DNA of 63,857 bases, filler included. It is 5 parts of 5 records of this genome, joined end to end, with 100 filler letters (N's around TTAATTAATTAA, not from the genome) between each part and the next. Parts side by side here need not be neighbours in the genome. Positions count along the whole stretch, not along the records: positions 18,944 to 47,267 come from SRR20825019_100; 4 more parts are not named here. One strand, given 5' to 3'. Below the pieces are notes generated by a model, which was not told where the DNA came from, made no database searches, and saw only the letters and a list, made by a program, of their open reading frames with translations. The translations under genes and the position numbers were made by a program. Positions within the stretch are counted from its first letter, which is position 1. Each line of letters begins with the position of its first letter. Of this stretch, positions 21,102 through 30,878 are shown piece by piece.

Positions 21102-21145
21102 TCAATTCACCGTTAGGTCTGGGGGATGCCCTGTGGTTGGCGGCG

Positions 21146-21904
21146 CTAAACTACCAGAACCTTGCCGATGCCGACAATCGCCAGCACGCCGAGCAGGATA
21201 ATCGCTGCCAGCTTGACTGTTTCTGGACGCGTGATGCCGAAAAGCCGGTGCCCGATCGCGGTTCCGACGGCCATGACCGGCACCAGGATGGCGCAGCGGA
21301 TCAGCATGTCCGCATCCATCAATCCTTTGTAGGCGGCAAGTGCGATGGCGAAGATATCGACAAAAATAAAGAAGGCGATGCCCGTTGCCCGGGTGATTGC
21401 GACCGGTAGCGGCGAGGAAAGATAGAGCAGGACCATCGGCGGGCCGGGCACGCCGGCGGCGCCGGACATTACTCCGGAGACAATGCCGGTCCCGGTGAGC
21501 ATTCTGTTGTTCGGGACGGTGGCCATCTTGAAGCCGCAGGCGATCAGGATCACGGATACGAGGACGGCTGCATAGATCGCGATCTTCATCGGCTCCGGCT
21601 CGATCAGAAGCAGGCAGGCGAACCCGGCGGGTACGCCGATGATCGACCCGATCAGAAGTTGCCGGATGCCCGTCCAATGGACGTCACGATAGGTGCGGGG
21701 CAACAGGGTAAAGCCAGCCAGCAGATCGATGACAAGGGTCAGGGGAACGACGGACACCGGATCGGCAACCAGCAGCAAGGCGCTGATCAAAATCAGCGCG
21801 AACCCGAACCCGGTAAACCCCCGGACGATCCCGCCGATCAGAGTGGCGACGAGGGCGACGCTCCAGATATGCAGGTCCCATCCGAAATGCATTGTCTCGA
21901 ACAT
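21146..21904 (-). CDS. Sulfite exporter TauE/SafE family
   Basis: GIVRGFTGFG and GVPGPP motifs; about 8 TM. Confidence 0.85.
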   Translation of the reverse strand: MFETMHFGWDLHIWSVALVATLIGGIVRGFTGFGFALILISALLLVADPVSVVPLTLVIDLLAGFTLLPRTYRDVHWTGIRQLLIGSIIGVPAGFACLLLIEPEPMKIAIYAAVLVSVILIACGFKMATVPNNRMLTGTGIVSGVMSGAAGVPGPPMVLLYLSSPLPVAITRATGIAFFIFVDIFAIALAAYKGLMDADMLIRCAILVPVMAVGTAIGHRLFGITRPETVKLAAIILLGVLAIVGIGKVLVV

Positions 21905-21936
21905 TGCTTGGTGGAACCTTTGTCAGCGTCGGGAAT

Positions 21937-22500
21937 TCAGGCGGCGCAGGATGCGTCCTTGGCACCTTCTACGCCACTTGCGGTGCCACTCCAAGGCAGC
22001 ACTTTGCGGACCATCGGTTCCTCCGCGAGGGATTGCAACCGGTCCGGCGCGGCGCGGATCTGGAAGCGCGGCTGATCGACCGGTCCCGGCAATTCGAAGC
22101 CGTAGGGCTCAGCCAGCACGAAACCGTAGGGGCTGTAATAGGAGGCTTCGCCGACCACGAGGCAAAGATCCCAGCCTTCCTGATCCGCTTCTTCCAGCGC
22201 CCGGGCGACGAGTGTGCGGCCGAGGCCCTTGCCCTGCAGGGCTGGGTCGACCACCAGCGGGCCGAGCACCAGTGCCGGGAGAATTTCATCGCCGTTTTCC
22301 ACGTCGCAGCGCCAGAACCTGATGGAGGCGCCGACTTTGGCGTCGAACCCGGTGCGGGCGACAAGGCTGAGGGACGGCACGGACGGGCCCTGCCTCAGCG
22401 TGTAGACTGTCTTGGAAAGACGGCCCGCGCCGAAACCTATATCCAGCAGGGACTCAATGGCTGCCGCGTCGGCGGCGTTTTCTTTTTCGATGACAATCAT
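21937..22500 (-). CDS. GNAT N-acetyltransferase (YhbS-like)
   Basis: LGPLVVDPALQGKGLG; VVGEASYYSPYGF. Confidence 0.85.
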   Translation of the reverse strand: MIVIEKENAADAAAIESLLDIGFGAGRLSKTVYTLRQGPSVPSLSLVARTGFDAKVGASIRFWRCDVENGDEILPALVLGPLVVDPALQGKGLGRTLVARALEEADQEGWDLCLVVGEASYYSPYGFVLAEPYGFELPGPVDQPRFQIRAAPDRLQSLAEEPMVRKVLPWSGTASGVEGAKDASCAA

Positions 22501-22548
22501 TGTCGGGACTTCCGGCCTTGGAGTGGCCGTCCCGAAGAGGGAAGCGGC

Positions 22549-22638
22549 CTAGAGCGTTATGACGGACAGCGCACTACGCGCGGCGATACGTCGTCGTCGC
22601 GGGTTGTCTCGTCGCTCTGTGTTGGCCGTGATGTTCAT
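22549..22638 (-). CDS. Putative Arg-rich leader peptide MNITANTERRDNPRRRRIAARSALSVITL
   Basis: Manual translation; 7 Arg, 5 encoded by CGA (CGA CGA ... CGA CGA CGA CGT); ends 48 nt upstream of the GNAT ATG. Confidence 0.6.
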   Translation of the reverse strand: MNITANTERRDNPRRRRIAARSALSVITL

Positions 22639-22695
22639 GGCATCCAAATTCCTGATCTCATTGCCAGATACTGCATAAGGCCGTGACGTGCCAAG

Positions 22696-22735
22696 AAAAA
22701 AAGCGCTGTGGATGATTTATTCACAGCGCTTTTTT
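22696..22735 (-). terminator. Intrinsic terminator (bidirectional-type) after the M20 dipeptidase
   Basis: AAAAAAAGCGCTGTG-loop-CACAGCGCTTTTTT. Confidence 0.8.
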
Positions 22736-22753
22736 CGATCGATGGTGCGCCGG

Positions 22754-24151
22754 TTATCCGGCGAGCTCTGCCAGCCGCGCCATGATGGCGGCGTTGGAGC
22801 GGATGCCCCGGTGGAAACAGACCATTTCGAACTTCTCGTTCGGGCTGTGCACCCGGTCATCTTCCAGGCCGAAGCCGACGAGCAAACTGTCGAGACCAAG
22901 AATGTTGCGGATCGAGCCCGCCGCCGGAATGGAGCCGCCCATCCCGATCAAGAGCGCGTCCCGGTCATACTCGTCCCGAAGGCCGGCCTGCGCTGCACGC
23001 AGATAGTCCGAGTCCGTCGGCACCCGCAGCGCGGGGAAGCCTTCGGAATAGACGATCTCAAGCGAATAGCCTTTCGGCAGCCGTTCGGTGACGAAGGCTT
23101 TCAGGCCTTCGATGATCTTCTCGGGTTCCTGATCCGGCACCAGCCGGCAGGTGATCTTGGCCGAGGCCTCGGCGGCGATGACGGTTTTTCCGCCCGGATC
23201 CTGATAGCCGCCGGTAATGCCGTTCACGTCCAGGGTCGGGCGTGCCCAGAGCCGTTCCAGCGCGCTATAGCCTTCTTCGCCGCCCGCGACTTCGAGGCCG
23301 ACTTCCTTGAGGAAAGCTTCCTCGTCGAAGCCGAGCCCTTCCCACTGTTTCAACTCGTTCTCGCCGACCGGCAGTACGTCGTCGTAGAAGCCTTCGATCC
23401 TGATTCGGCCGGTTTCGTCGTGGAAGTCGCCGAGGATCTTGGCCAGCAGGTTGATCGGATTGATGACACCGCCGCCATACATGCCGGAATGCAGATCCCG
23501 GCTCGGCCCCGTGATTTTGATCTCGGTGGAGACGATGCCGCGCAGCATGTAGCTGATCGCCGGTTGGTCGACGGACCACATGCCGGTATCGCAGACCATG
23601 CAGGCATCGGCCTTCAGCTCGTCCTTATGCGCATTGAGGAACGGCTCCAGGCTCTCGCTGCCGCTTTCCTCCTCGCCTTCCAGCAATACGGTGACGCCGA
23701 TCGGCAGCGCGCCATGCACCGCGATCCAGGCGCGGAAAGCTTCGATGAAGGTCATCACCTGGCCCTTGTCGTCCACAGCCCCGCGGGCGACGATGCGTTT
23801 GCCGCGCTCCGCCTCGACGATTTGCGGTTCGAACGGATCGCTATCCCAGAGCTCATAGGGATCGGCCGGCTGCACATCGTAATGGCCGTAATAGAGCAGG
23901 TGCGGCGCGCCTTCCGGGCCTTTGAAATGACCCACCACCATCGGATGCTTCTTGGCGTCACGCACGGCGGCATCGAAGCCGATCTCGGAGAGCTGCTCGG
24001 CCATCCATTCGGCGGCTCGGCGGACATCCGGCGTATATTTAGGGTCGGTACTGATGCTGGGGATGCGCAGCACGTCGACTAGCCGTTCGACGGACTGGTC
24101 CAGACCGGCATCAATGCGGGCGAGAACGGGGGCGAGAAGATCCTGTGTCAT
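22754..24151 (-). CDS. M20-family dipeptidase
   Basis: YGHYDVQP, ARGAVDDKGQ, EGEEESGS, HSPNEKF; likely start MTQDLL at 24151. Confidence 0.9.
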   Translation of the reverse strand: MTQDLLAPVLARIDAGLDQSVERLVDVLRIPSISTDPKYTPDVRRAAEWMAEQLSEIGFDAAVRDAKKHPMVVGHFKGPEGAPHLLYYGHYDVQPADPYELWDSDPFEPQIVEAERGKRIVARGAVDDKGQVMTFIEAFRAWIAVHGALPIGVTVLLEGEEESGSESLEPFLNAHKDELKADACMVCDTGMWSVDQPAISYMLRGIVSTEIKITGPSRDLHSGMYGGGVINPINLLAKILGDFHDETGRIRIEGFYDDVLPVGENELKQWEGLGFDEEAFLKEVGLEVAGGEEGYSALERLWARPTLDVNGITGGYQDPGGKTVIAAEASAKITCRLVPDQEPEKIIEGLKAFVTERLPKGYSLEIVYSEGFPALRVPTDSDYLRAAQAGLRDEYDRDALLIGMGGSIPAAGSIRNILGLDSLLVGFGLEDDRVHSPNEKFEMVCFHRGIRSNAAIMARLAELAG

Positions 24152-24303
24152 GGGGCACCGTGTTCGTATTGAGGGCAATCCACGCAGGCAGTATTTCCGA
24201 GAGTGGAAAGCGCGAGGATTGATTGTCGCCAGTCTGGCTGGGTATCGTCCCCGGAACAAGGGCTTGAGCCTGAGACTTGCCCGAGACATGTGGAGGAAGC
24301 GCC

Positions 24304-25161
24304 GTGACGCGGCTAATGGACCTGATCAAACCGGGCAAACTGCTCATTGCCCCCGGTATCTTCGACGGTATTTCCGCGCGCATTGCCGACGAGTTCGGCT
24401 TTGAAGCGCTTTACATGACCGGCTACGGCGCCGTCGGCTCCCATCTCGGGTTGCCGGATGCGGGGCTGGCCAGTTACACGGACATGGTCGGCCGGGTGAA
24501 GGTGCTGGCCGATACGGTTTCTTCGCCTTTGGTCGCGGATGGCGATACCGGCTATGGCGGGTTGCTGAATGTCCAGCACACGGTGCGCGGCTACGAAGCG
24601 GCGGGGGCGGCCGGAATCCAGCTTGAGGATCAGGAATTTCCGAAAAAGTGCGGGCACACGCCGAACCGGAAGGTGATCCCGCTCGAAGACATGGTGCAGA
24701 AGATCAAGGTTGCGGTGGAAAGCCGGGACAGTGCGGATTTCGCCATCGTCGCCCGCACCGACGCACGCACCAATTACGGGCTCGACGAAGCCCTGCGCCG
24801 GGGCGAAGCCTTCGCCAAGGCGGGGGCGGATGTTCTGTTCATCGAGTCACCGGAATCGGTGGAGGAGATGGAGAAAATCTGCGCGGCCTTCGACAAGCCG
24901 TTGCTGGTCAATGTGGTCGAGGGCGGCAAGACGCCGGTGCTGAGTGCGGAGGAATATACCGAGCTGGGTTATTCCATGGCGATCTATCCCGGAACCGGTT
25001 TTCTCGCCATGGGCGCCGCTTTGCGCTCGGTCTATGGCCGGCTGAAAGAGACCGGCTCCAGCAAGGGCGCGTCCCAGAAGCTGGATGATTTTGGCGCTTT
25101 CTCCCGGACCATGGGCTTCAATGATGTCTGGGACTTCGAGAAGGCCCACGCGCAGGACTGA
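24304..25161 (+). CDS. Isocitrate lyase/PEP mutase family enzyme (methylisocitrate/dimethylmalate lyase-like)
   Basis: ADGDTGYG, EDQEFPKKCGH, ARTDAR; GTG start after GGAGGA. Confidence 0.85.
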   Translation: MTRLMDLIKPGKLLIAPGIFDGISARIADEFGFEALYMTGYGAVGSHLGLPDAGLASYTDMVGRVKVLADTVSSPLVADGDTGYGGLLNVQHTVRGYEAAGAAGIQLEDQEFPKKCGHTPNRKVIPLEDMVQKIKVAVESRDSADFAIVARTDARTNYGLDEALRRGEAFAKAGADVLFIESPESVEEMEKICAAFDKPLLVNVVEGGKTPVLSAEEYTELGYSMAIYPGTGFLAMGAALRSVYGRLKETGSSKGASQKLDDFGAFSRTMGFNDVWDFEKAHAQD

Positions 25162-25251
25162 TATGCGGTAGTGTTTTGCCACATCGTGGAAGTCGATTTG
25201 TCATGGTGGAAGAACTGACCAGACTTTGCGCGTTGTTTTTGTCAGGAGTAA

Positions 25252-28161
25252 GTGATGGCCGCCGTGTCGCCAAGTGGTGGGGATCTGGCTACGCGCCTTG
25301 ATCGCGCGTTGCAGGGAGAAGTCTTGTTTGACCGCTTCTCTCGCGGCCGTTATGCGACCGATGCCTCGATCTATCAGGTCGAGCCGGTCGGCGTCGTCAT
25401 CCCGAGAAATCAGGCCGACCTGATCGCGGCGATGGAGATCGCGCGGGAAAACGGTGTTTCCCTGTTGCCGCGCGGCGGCGGTACCAGTCAGTGCGGGCAG
25501 ACGGTGAACGAGTCTCTCGTTCTGGACTGCTCGAAACATCTGAACAGGATCATCGAGATCGATCCGGAGAACATGCGTGCGGTGGTTGAGCCGGGCATTG
25601 CGCTCGACCATCTGAACGCGGCGCTGAAGCCCTACGGCCTGTTCTTCCCCGTCGATGTCTCGACCGCCAGCCGAGCCACCATCGGTGGCATGACCGCGAA
25701 CAATTCCTGCGGCGGCCGGTCGATCCATTACGGCATCATGGTGGACAATGTGCTCTCTATCGACGCCGTGCTGTCGACGGGCGAGCAGCTTCATTTCGGC
25801 CCGGTGCCGGGCAATCTGGGCGCCATCGAAACAGAGCCGCGCTATCGCGATCTGGTGCAGGAAATGCGCGCCATTGCCGACCGGGAAGGCGGCGAGATTG
25901 CCGCGAAGTTTCCAAATCTCATGCGCCGGGTCGGCGGCTACAATATCAACACCATCAATCCCGCCGGGCACAATATGGCGAGCCTGCTGGTCGGCTCGGA
26001 AGGAACGCTTGCGGCCTTCCGCCAGGTCGAGCTGAAGCTGCACCGTATCCCGACCCACAAGGTCATGGGCGTCTGCCATTTCCCGACCTTCTACAAGGCG
26101 ATGGATGCGACCCAGCATATCGTGACGCTGAAGCCGCACGCGGTGGAGCTGATCGACCGGAACATGATCGAGCTTGCCCGCGAGATCCCGATCTTCAAGC
26201 CGATGATCGCGGAATTCGTGAAGGGTGAGCCAGACTCGGTGCTGGTGGTCGAGTTTGCCGGAGAGGATCACGCGGCCTGTGTTGCCCAGTTGCGCCAGCT
26301 TGAAGTGCTGATGGCGGACCTTGGCTATCTGGACGCGGTGGTCGATGCGACAGCGCCGGCCTTGCAGGCTACCATCGGGGAGGTCCGGCGCCAGGGTCTC
26401 AACATCATGATGTCGATGAAGCAGGCGGGAAAGCCGGTCTCTTTCATCGAGGATTGCGCGGTGCCGCTGGAAGATCTGGCGGAGTTTACCGACCGGCTGA
26501 CCCAGGTGTTCGAAAAACACGGCACCCATGGCACCTGGTATGCCCATGCCTCCGTCGGCTGTCTGCATGTCCGACCGGTACTGAACATGCGGGAAGAGGG
26601 CGATGTGAAGCGCATGCGCGCCATAGCCGAGGAAGCCTTCGATATGGTGCGGGAATACAAGGGTTCCCACTCCGGAGAGCATGGCGACGGTATTGTCCGT
26701 TCCGAGTTCCACGAGAAGATGTTCGGCAAGCGGCTGGTCAATGCTTTTGGTGAGGTGAAGCGCGCCTTCGATCCGGAGCGGATGATGAATCCGGGCCGCA
26801 TCGTCGACCCGCCGAAGATGGACGACCGTTCCTTGTTCCGCTTCAAGCCGGGTTATGCGCCAACTCCGATCGACACGGCGCTGGACTGGTCCGAGTGGGG
26901 CGGTTTCTCCGGTGCGGTGGAGATGTGTAACAACAACGGCGCCTGCCGCAAACGCGACGCCGGTGTGATGTGCCCGAGCTTCCGGGCGACGCAGAACGAA
27001 AAAGACCTGACCCGCGGCCGGGCCAACACGCTGCGGCTCGCACTCTCCGGCCAGCTCGGCCCCGAGGCGCTGGTCGCGCCGGAGATGAAAGAGACCATGG
27101 ATCTCTGCGTTTCCTGCAAGGGCTGCAAGCGGGAATGCCCGACCGGTGTCGACATGGCGCGGATGAAGGTCGAGTTCCTGCATCACTATACGAAGAAGCA
27201 TGGTTTAAGGTTAAAGGACCGTCTTGTTTCCTACCTGCCCCGCTATGCGGAGGCGGCGTCCCGCTTTGGCTATCTGGCGAATGCGCGGGACGTGGTGCCG
27301 GGCCTGAAAGGCTTGTCCGAGGCCTTGCTCGGTTTCAGCGCCAAACGCAGCCTGCCGGTCTGGAGCGACGTGCCGTTTTCCGGCAGCGAGGCCGACGATG
27401 TCGATCCGGACGAGAATGACGGGCGCGACGTGGTGCTGCTGAACGATACTTTCAGCACCTATTTCGAGCCGGAAAACCTGCGGGCCGCGCTGCGGGTCCT
27501 GAAGGCGCTCGGCTACCGCGTCCATGTCGTCGATCCGCGCGGGGAGGGAGGACGGCATCTCTGCTGCGGCCGGACTTTCCTGGCCTCCGGTCTCGTCGAC
27601 AAGGCGAAGGAAGAGGCGCGGCGGATGATCGCGGCCTATCTGCCCTACGCACGGCGCGGTATTCCCGTTGTCGGACTGGAGCCGTCCTGTCTCTTCACGC
27701 TGCGGGACGAGTTCAAGGCGATGCTGCCCGGTGCGGATAGCGACCTGATCGCTGAGCATGCCCTGCTGTTCGAGGAATTCATCGCCCGGGAGCAGAAGGC
27801 CGGAAAGATCACTGCCGCCTTCAAGCCGGTTGCCGCAAAGGCGCTGGTGCATGGCCATTGCCATCAGAAGGCCTTCGCCGCCATGGGCGCGGTCGAGACC
27901 GCGCTGCGGCTCGTGCCGGATATGGATGTCGAAGTGATCCAGTCGAGCTGCTGCGGCATGGCCGGCGCGTTCGGCTACGAAGCGAAGAATCTTGAGGTAT
28001 CCATGGCCATGGCGGAGCGCGATCTGCTGCCTGCCGTGCGCGCCGCTGACGGGGACACAGTGCTCGTCGCCGACGGCACCTCCTGCCGCCATCAGATCAA
28101 GGACGGCGCCGCCCGCGAGGCGGTGCATGTCGCAACCATTCTGGACCGCGCGCTGGCGTGA
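25252..28161 (+). CDS. FAD-binding, Fe-S-containing 2-hydroxyacid dehydrogenase (fused GlcD/GlcF-type)
   Basis: PRGGGTS, SGEHGDG, CNNNGAC, CVSCKGCKRECP, CCG, HGHCH, CCGMAG. Confidence 0.9.
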   Translation: MMAAVSPSGGDLATRLDRALQGEVLFDRFSRGRYATDASIYQVEPVGVVIPRNQADLIAAMEIARENGVSLLPRGGGTSQCGQTVNESLVLDCSKHLNRIIEIDPENMRAVVEPGIALDHLNAALKPYGLFFPVDVSTASRATIGGMTANNSCGGRSIHYGIMVDNVLSIDAVLSTGEQLHFGPVPGNLGAIETEPRYRDLVQEMRAIADREGGEIAAKFPNLMRRVGGYNINTINPAGHNMASLLVGSEGTLAAFRQVELKLHRIPTHKVMGVCHFPTFYKAMDATQHIVTLKPHAVELIDRNMIELAREIPIFKPMIAEFVKGEPDSVLVVEFAGEDHAACVAQLRQLEVLMADLGYLDAVVDATAPALQATIGEVRRQGLNIMMSMKQAGKPVSFIEDCAVPLEDLAEFTDRLTQVFEKHGTHGTWYAHASVGCLHVRPVLNMREEGDVKRMRAIAEEAFDMVREYKGSHSGEHGDGIVRSEFHEKMFGKRLVNAFGEVKRAFDPERMMNPGRIVDPPKMDDRSLFRFKPGYAPTPIDTALDWSEWGGFSGAVEMCNNNGACRKRDAGVMCPSFRATQNEKDLTRGRANTLRLALSGQLGPEALVAPEMKETMDLCVSCKGCKRECPTGVDMARMKVEFLHHYTKKHGLRLKDRLVSYLPRYAEAASRFGYLANARDVVPGLKGLSEALLGFSAKRSLPVWSDVPFSGSEADDVDPDENDGRDVVLLNDTFSTYFEPENLRAALRVLKALGYRVHVVDPRGEGGRHLCCGRTFLASGLVDKAKEEARRMIAAYLPYARRGIPVVGLEPSCLFTLRDEFKAMLPGADSDLIAEHALLFEEFIAREQKAGKITAAFKPVAAKALVHGHCHQKAFAAMGAVETALRLVPDMDVEVIQSSCCGMAGAFGYEAKNLEVSMAMAERDLLPAVRAADGDTVLVADGTSCRHQIKDGAAREAVHVATILDRALA

Positions 28162-28183
28162 TCCTGCACCGAGGAGAAGACCA

Positions 28184-29353
28184 ATGACCTACAAGTCCGG
28201 ACCCCATTTCCTGCAAATCCCCGGGCCAAGCCATGTTCCCGGCCGGATCCTGCGGGCAATCGGTCAGCCGACGATCGACCATCGCGGCCCGGAATTCCAG
28301 ACCCTCGCGAACGAGGTGCTGGCAAAGGTGAAGCCGATCTTCCAGACGGAATCCCCGGTCGTGATCCTGCCGTCTTCCGGCACCGGCGCCTGGGAAGCGG
28401 CGCTGGTCAACACCATGAATGTCGGCGACAAGGTGCTGATGTTCGAGACCGGTCAGTTCTCCTCGCTCTGGGCCGAACTCGCCACGCGTCTGGGGCTGCA
28501 GCCGGAAGTGATCTCGGGCGACTGGCGCCATGGTGTCGACGCAGCGGCCATTGAGGCACGGTTGCTGGAAGACAAGGGGCATGAGATCAAGGCGGTCTGC
28601 GTCGTCCATAACGAGACCTCGACAGGTGTGACGTCGCAGGTCCAGAAAGTGCGCAAGGCCATCGACGCGGCGAACCATCCGGCATTGTTCATGGTGGACA
28701 GCATTTCCGGTCTCGGCTCCGCCGAATACAAGCATGACGAATGGGGCGTGGATGTCACCGTCAGCGGCTCCCAGAAGGGCCTGATGCTGCCGCCGGGTCT
28801 TGGCTTCAATGCGGTCGGCCCGAAAGCTCTGAAGGCGAACGAAAACGCGCGTATCAATCGCTCTTACTGGGACTGGAAAAGCCAGATCGGCATGAACGCG
28901 GATGGCTGGTTCCCCTATACCCCGGCAACCAACCTGCTCTACGGCCTGAACGAGGCCTGCGACATGCTGATGGAAGAGGGACTGGAGAACGTCTTCTCCC
29001 GGCATGAGCGTTTCGCCGAGGCGACCCGCCGCGCTGTCCGGACCTGGGGCCTTGAGGTGCTGTGCCAGAACGCCGACGAATACAGCCCGGTCCTGACCGC
29101 CGTCGTCATGCCGGAAGGGCATAGCGCGGACAGCTATCGGGACACCGTGCTGGACAAGTTCGACATGTCTCTCGGCTCGGGTCTCGGCAAGGTCAAGGAT
29201 ACGGTTTTCCGCATCGGTCATCTCGGTTACTTCAATGACCTGATGCTGATGGGCACGCTCTCCGGTGTAGAGATGGGTTTTGCCGTTGCCGGTGTCCCGC
29301 ACAAGAAGGGCGGCGCGCAGGCAGCAATGGAGTATCTGACCGGTAACGCCTGA
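28184..29353 (+). CDS. Serine-glyoxylate aminotransferase (class V)
   Basis: HFLQIPGP, VHNETSTG, SGSQKGLMLPPG, FRIGHLG; ATG 28184 after GAGGAG. Confidence 0.9.
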   Translation: MTYKSGPHFLQIPGPSHVPGRILRAIGQPTIDHRGPEFQTLANEVLAKVKPIFQTESPVVILPSSGTGAWEAALVNTMNVGDKVLMFETGQFSSLWAELATRLGLQPEVISGDWRHGVDAAAIEARLLEDKGHEIKAVCVVHNETSTGVTSQVQKVRKAIDAANHPALFMVDSISGLGSAEYKHDEWGVDVTVSGSQKGLMLPPGLGFNAVGPKALKANENARINRSYWDWKSQIGMNADGWFPYTPATNLLYGLNEACDMLMEEGLENVFSRHERFAEATRRAVRTWGLEVLCQNADEYSPVLTAVVMPEGHSADSYRDTVLDKFDMSLGSGLGKVKDTVFRIGHLGYFNDLMLMGTLSGVEMGFAVAGVPHKKGGAQAAMEYLTGNA

Positions 29354-29363
29354 CCGTTTGCAC

Positions 29364-30797
29364 TCAGGGCAGGGTCGTTACATCGAGAACACCGTCGGCG
29401 CGCATCCGCCAGTCCGGATGATCGCCGGCGATGGCCGCTATGAAACGGTGATGGTAGAGCGGCACCCACGGCGGGTCCTGCCGGAGAGCCATGTAGCTCT
29501 GCCGATGAATATCTTCGCGGGCGGCTGGATCAACTGTCCTGCGGGAGCGGTCAAGCAGAGCTTCTACCGTGTCGTTCCGGTAGCCTTCCCACCAGGAACC
29601 ACGCACCCGGCTGTCGATCTTTTCGTACAGCACGCGGAACGTGCTCATCGGGCTGGAGTCGAAGACGCACATGTCCTGGATTTTCTTGTCCCGGATCTGC
29701 TCCGCGTAGGCGACCCGATCTTCAATCGTGCGCACCGTGACTGAAATCCCGACCGTTGCGAGTTGGCGGGCGAGGGCGCTGGTCAGGGCCTGGGCTTCGT
29801 CGGGCAGTCTGGTTGGGCAGTCGATGCCAAGCTCAAGGCCCTCGCCATAGCCCGCTTCGGCGAGAAGGGCCCGAGCGGTCTTGGGATCGGGTTTTATGTC
29901 TGTCGGCTCCGGCGCGGCGCCGATATGGGCACTGCTGACGAAACCACCGAGCGGCGTTCCGGCGCAGTTGAGTACCTCGTCAATCAAGGCCTGCCTGTCG
30001 ACGGCCAGCGTGATCGCGCGCCGGACACGGGGATCGCTGAACGGTCCCGATGCGGCATTCAGCAAGTAGATGATCGCTGTCGGGTCGAAGTAATCATGCT
30101 GCGTGATACCGTCGCCAAGCAGAGCGGCGGCGTCAGGGGACAGGTGGGTTGCCACCTGCGCCCTTCCGGTTGCGAGGGCCTCTGCCCTGGCCTCGGACAG
30201 TGGCACACTGTGCCAGATTAATTCTTTCTGTGGCCTTGCACCGCCCCACCAATGAGGGTTGGCCGTCATACGGACTTCCCGGCCGGGTTCCGCGCCTTCG
30301 AATTGGAAAGCCCCGCTGCCGACCGGGTGCTGCGTAAAGTCTGGGCGGTCCGCCAGATGGGGCGGCAGAGCATAGCCGGAAACCAGAATATCAAGCAGAT
30401 CGGCAGTCGGCTCGGCCGTCTCGATCGTCAGGGTCAGGGGATCTTGGGCTGTGATGCGTGCGCCGCCGAGATACTGGCCCCAGACAGCCGGTGCGCCGAG
30501 GGTGGCGCCGATGTCTGGACGTTGCATGCGTTCGACGGAGTATTTCATCGCTTCCGCATCCAGCGTACTGCCGTCGTGAAAGCGCAGCCCTGGCCGGAGG
30601 CTAAAGGTCCAGCGACGGGCATCTTCGCTTAATGCCCAGCTCTCTGCCAAAGCAGGCTCGAATCGCCCGTCTGCACCGCGCCGTACAAGTGCGTCGAAAA
30701 GGGCGTCCAGCAAGGCGAGTGTGTCCGAATTATCGGTACAGTCCTGCGGATCAATAAGCGCGATACGTGATTGCACTATCGTCAGTGTCGTCGTCAT
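29364..30797 (-). CDS. Family 5 (Opp/Dpp-like) solute-binding protein, no signal peptide visible
   Basis: PALAESW, LRPGLRFHDG, PVGSGAF, DPRVRRAI. Confidence 0.8.
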   Translation of the reverse strand: MTTTLTIVQSRIALIDPQDCTDNSDTLALLDALFDALVRRGADGRFEPALAESWALSEDARRWTFSLRPGLRFHDGSTLDAEAMKYSVERMQRPDIGATLGAPAVWGQYLGGARITAQDPLTLTIETAEPTADLLDILVSGYALPPHLADRPDFTQHPVGSGAFQFEGAEPGREVRMTANPHWWGGARPQKELIWHSVPLSEARAEALATGRAQVATHLSPDAAALLGDGITQHDYFDPTAIIYLLNAASGPFSDPRVRRAITLAVDRQALIDEVLNCAGTPLGGFVSSAHIGAAPEPTDIKPDPKTARALLAEAGYGEGLELGIDCPTRLPDEAQALTSALARQLATVGISVTVRTIEDRVAYAEQIRDKKIQDMCVFDSSPMSTFRVLYEKIDSRVRGSWWEGYRNDTVEALLDRSRRTVDPAAREDIHRQSYMALRQDPPWVPLYHHRFIAAIAGDHPDWRMRADGVLDVTTLP

Positions 30798-30878
30798 TCC
30801 GTTCTCCCCGGCCAAAAGCATATCCTGCAAATGAGGGAGATATGAAGAAACCCTGGTCGGAGGGACGAAAAGCGCGCC

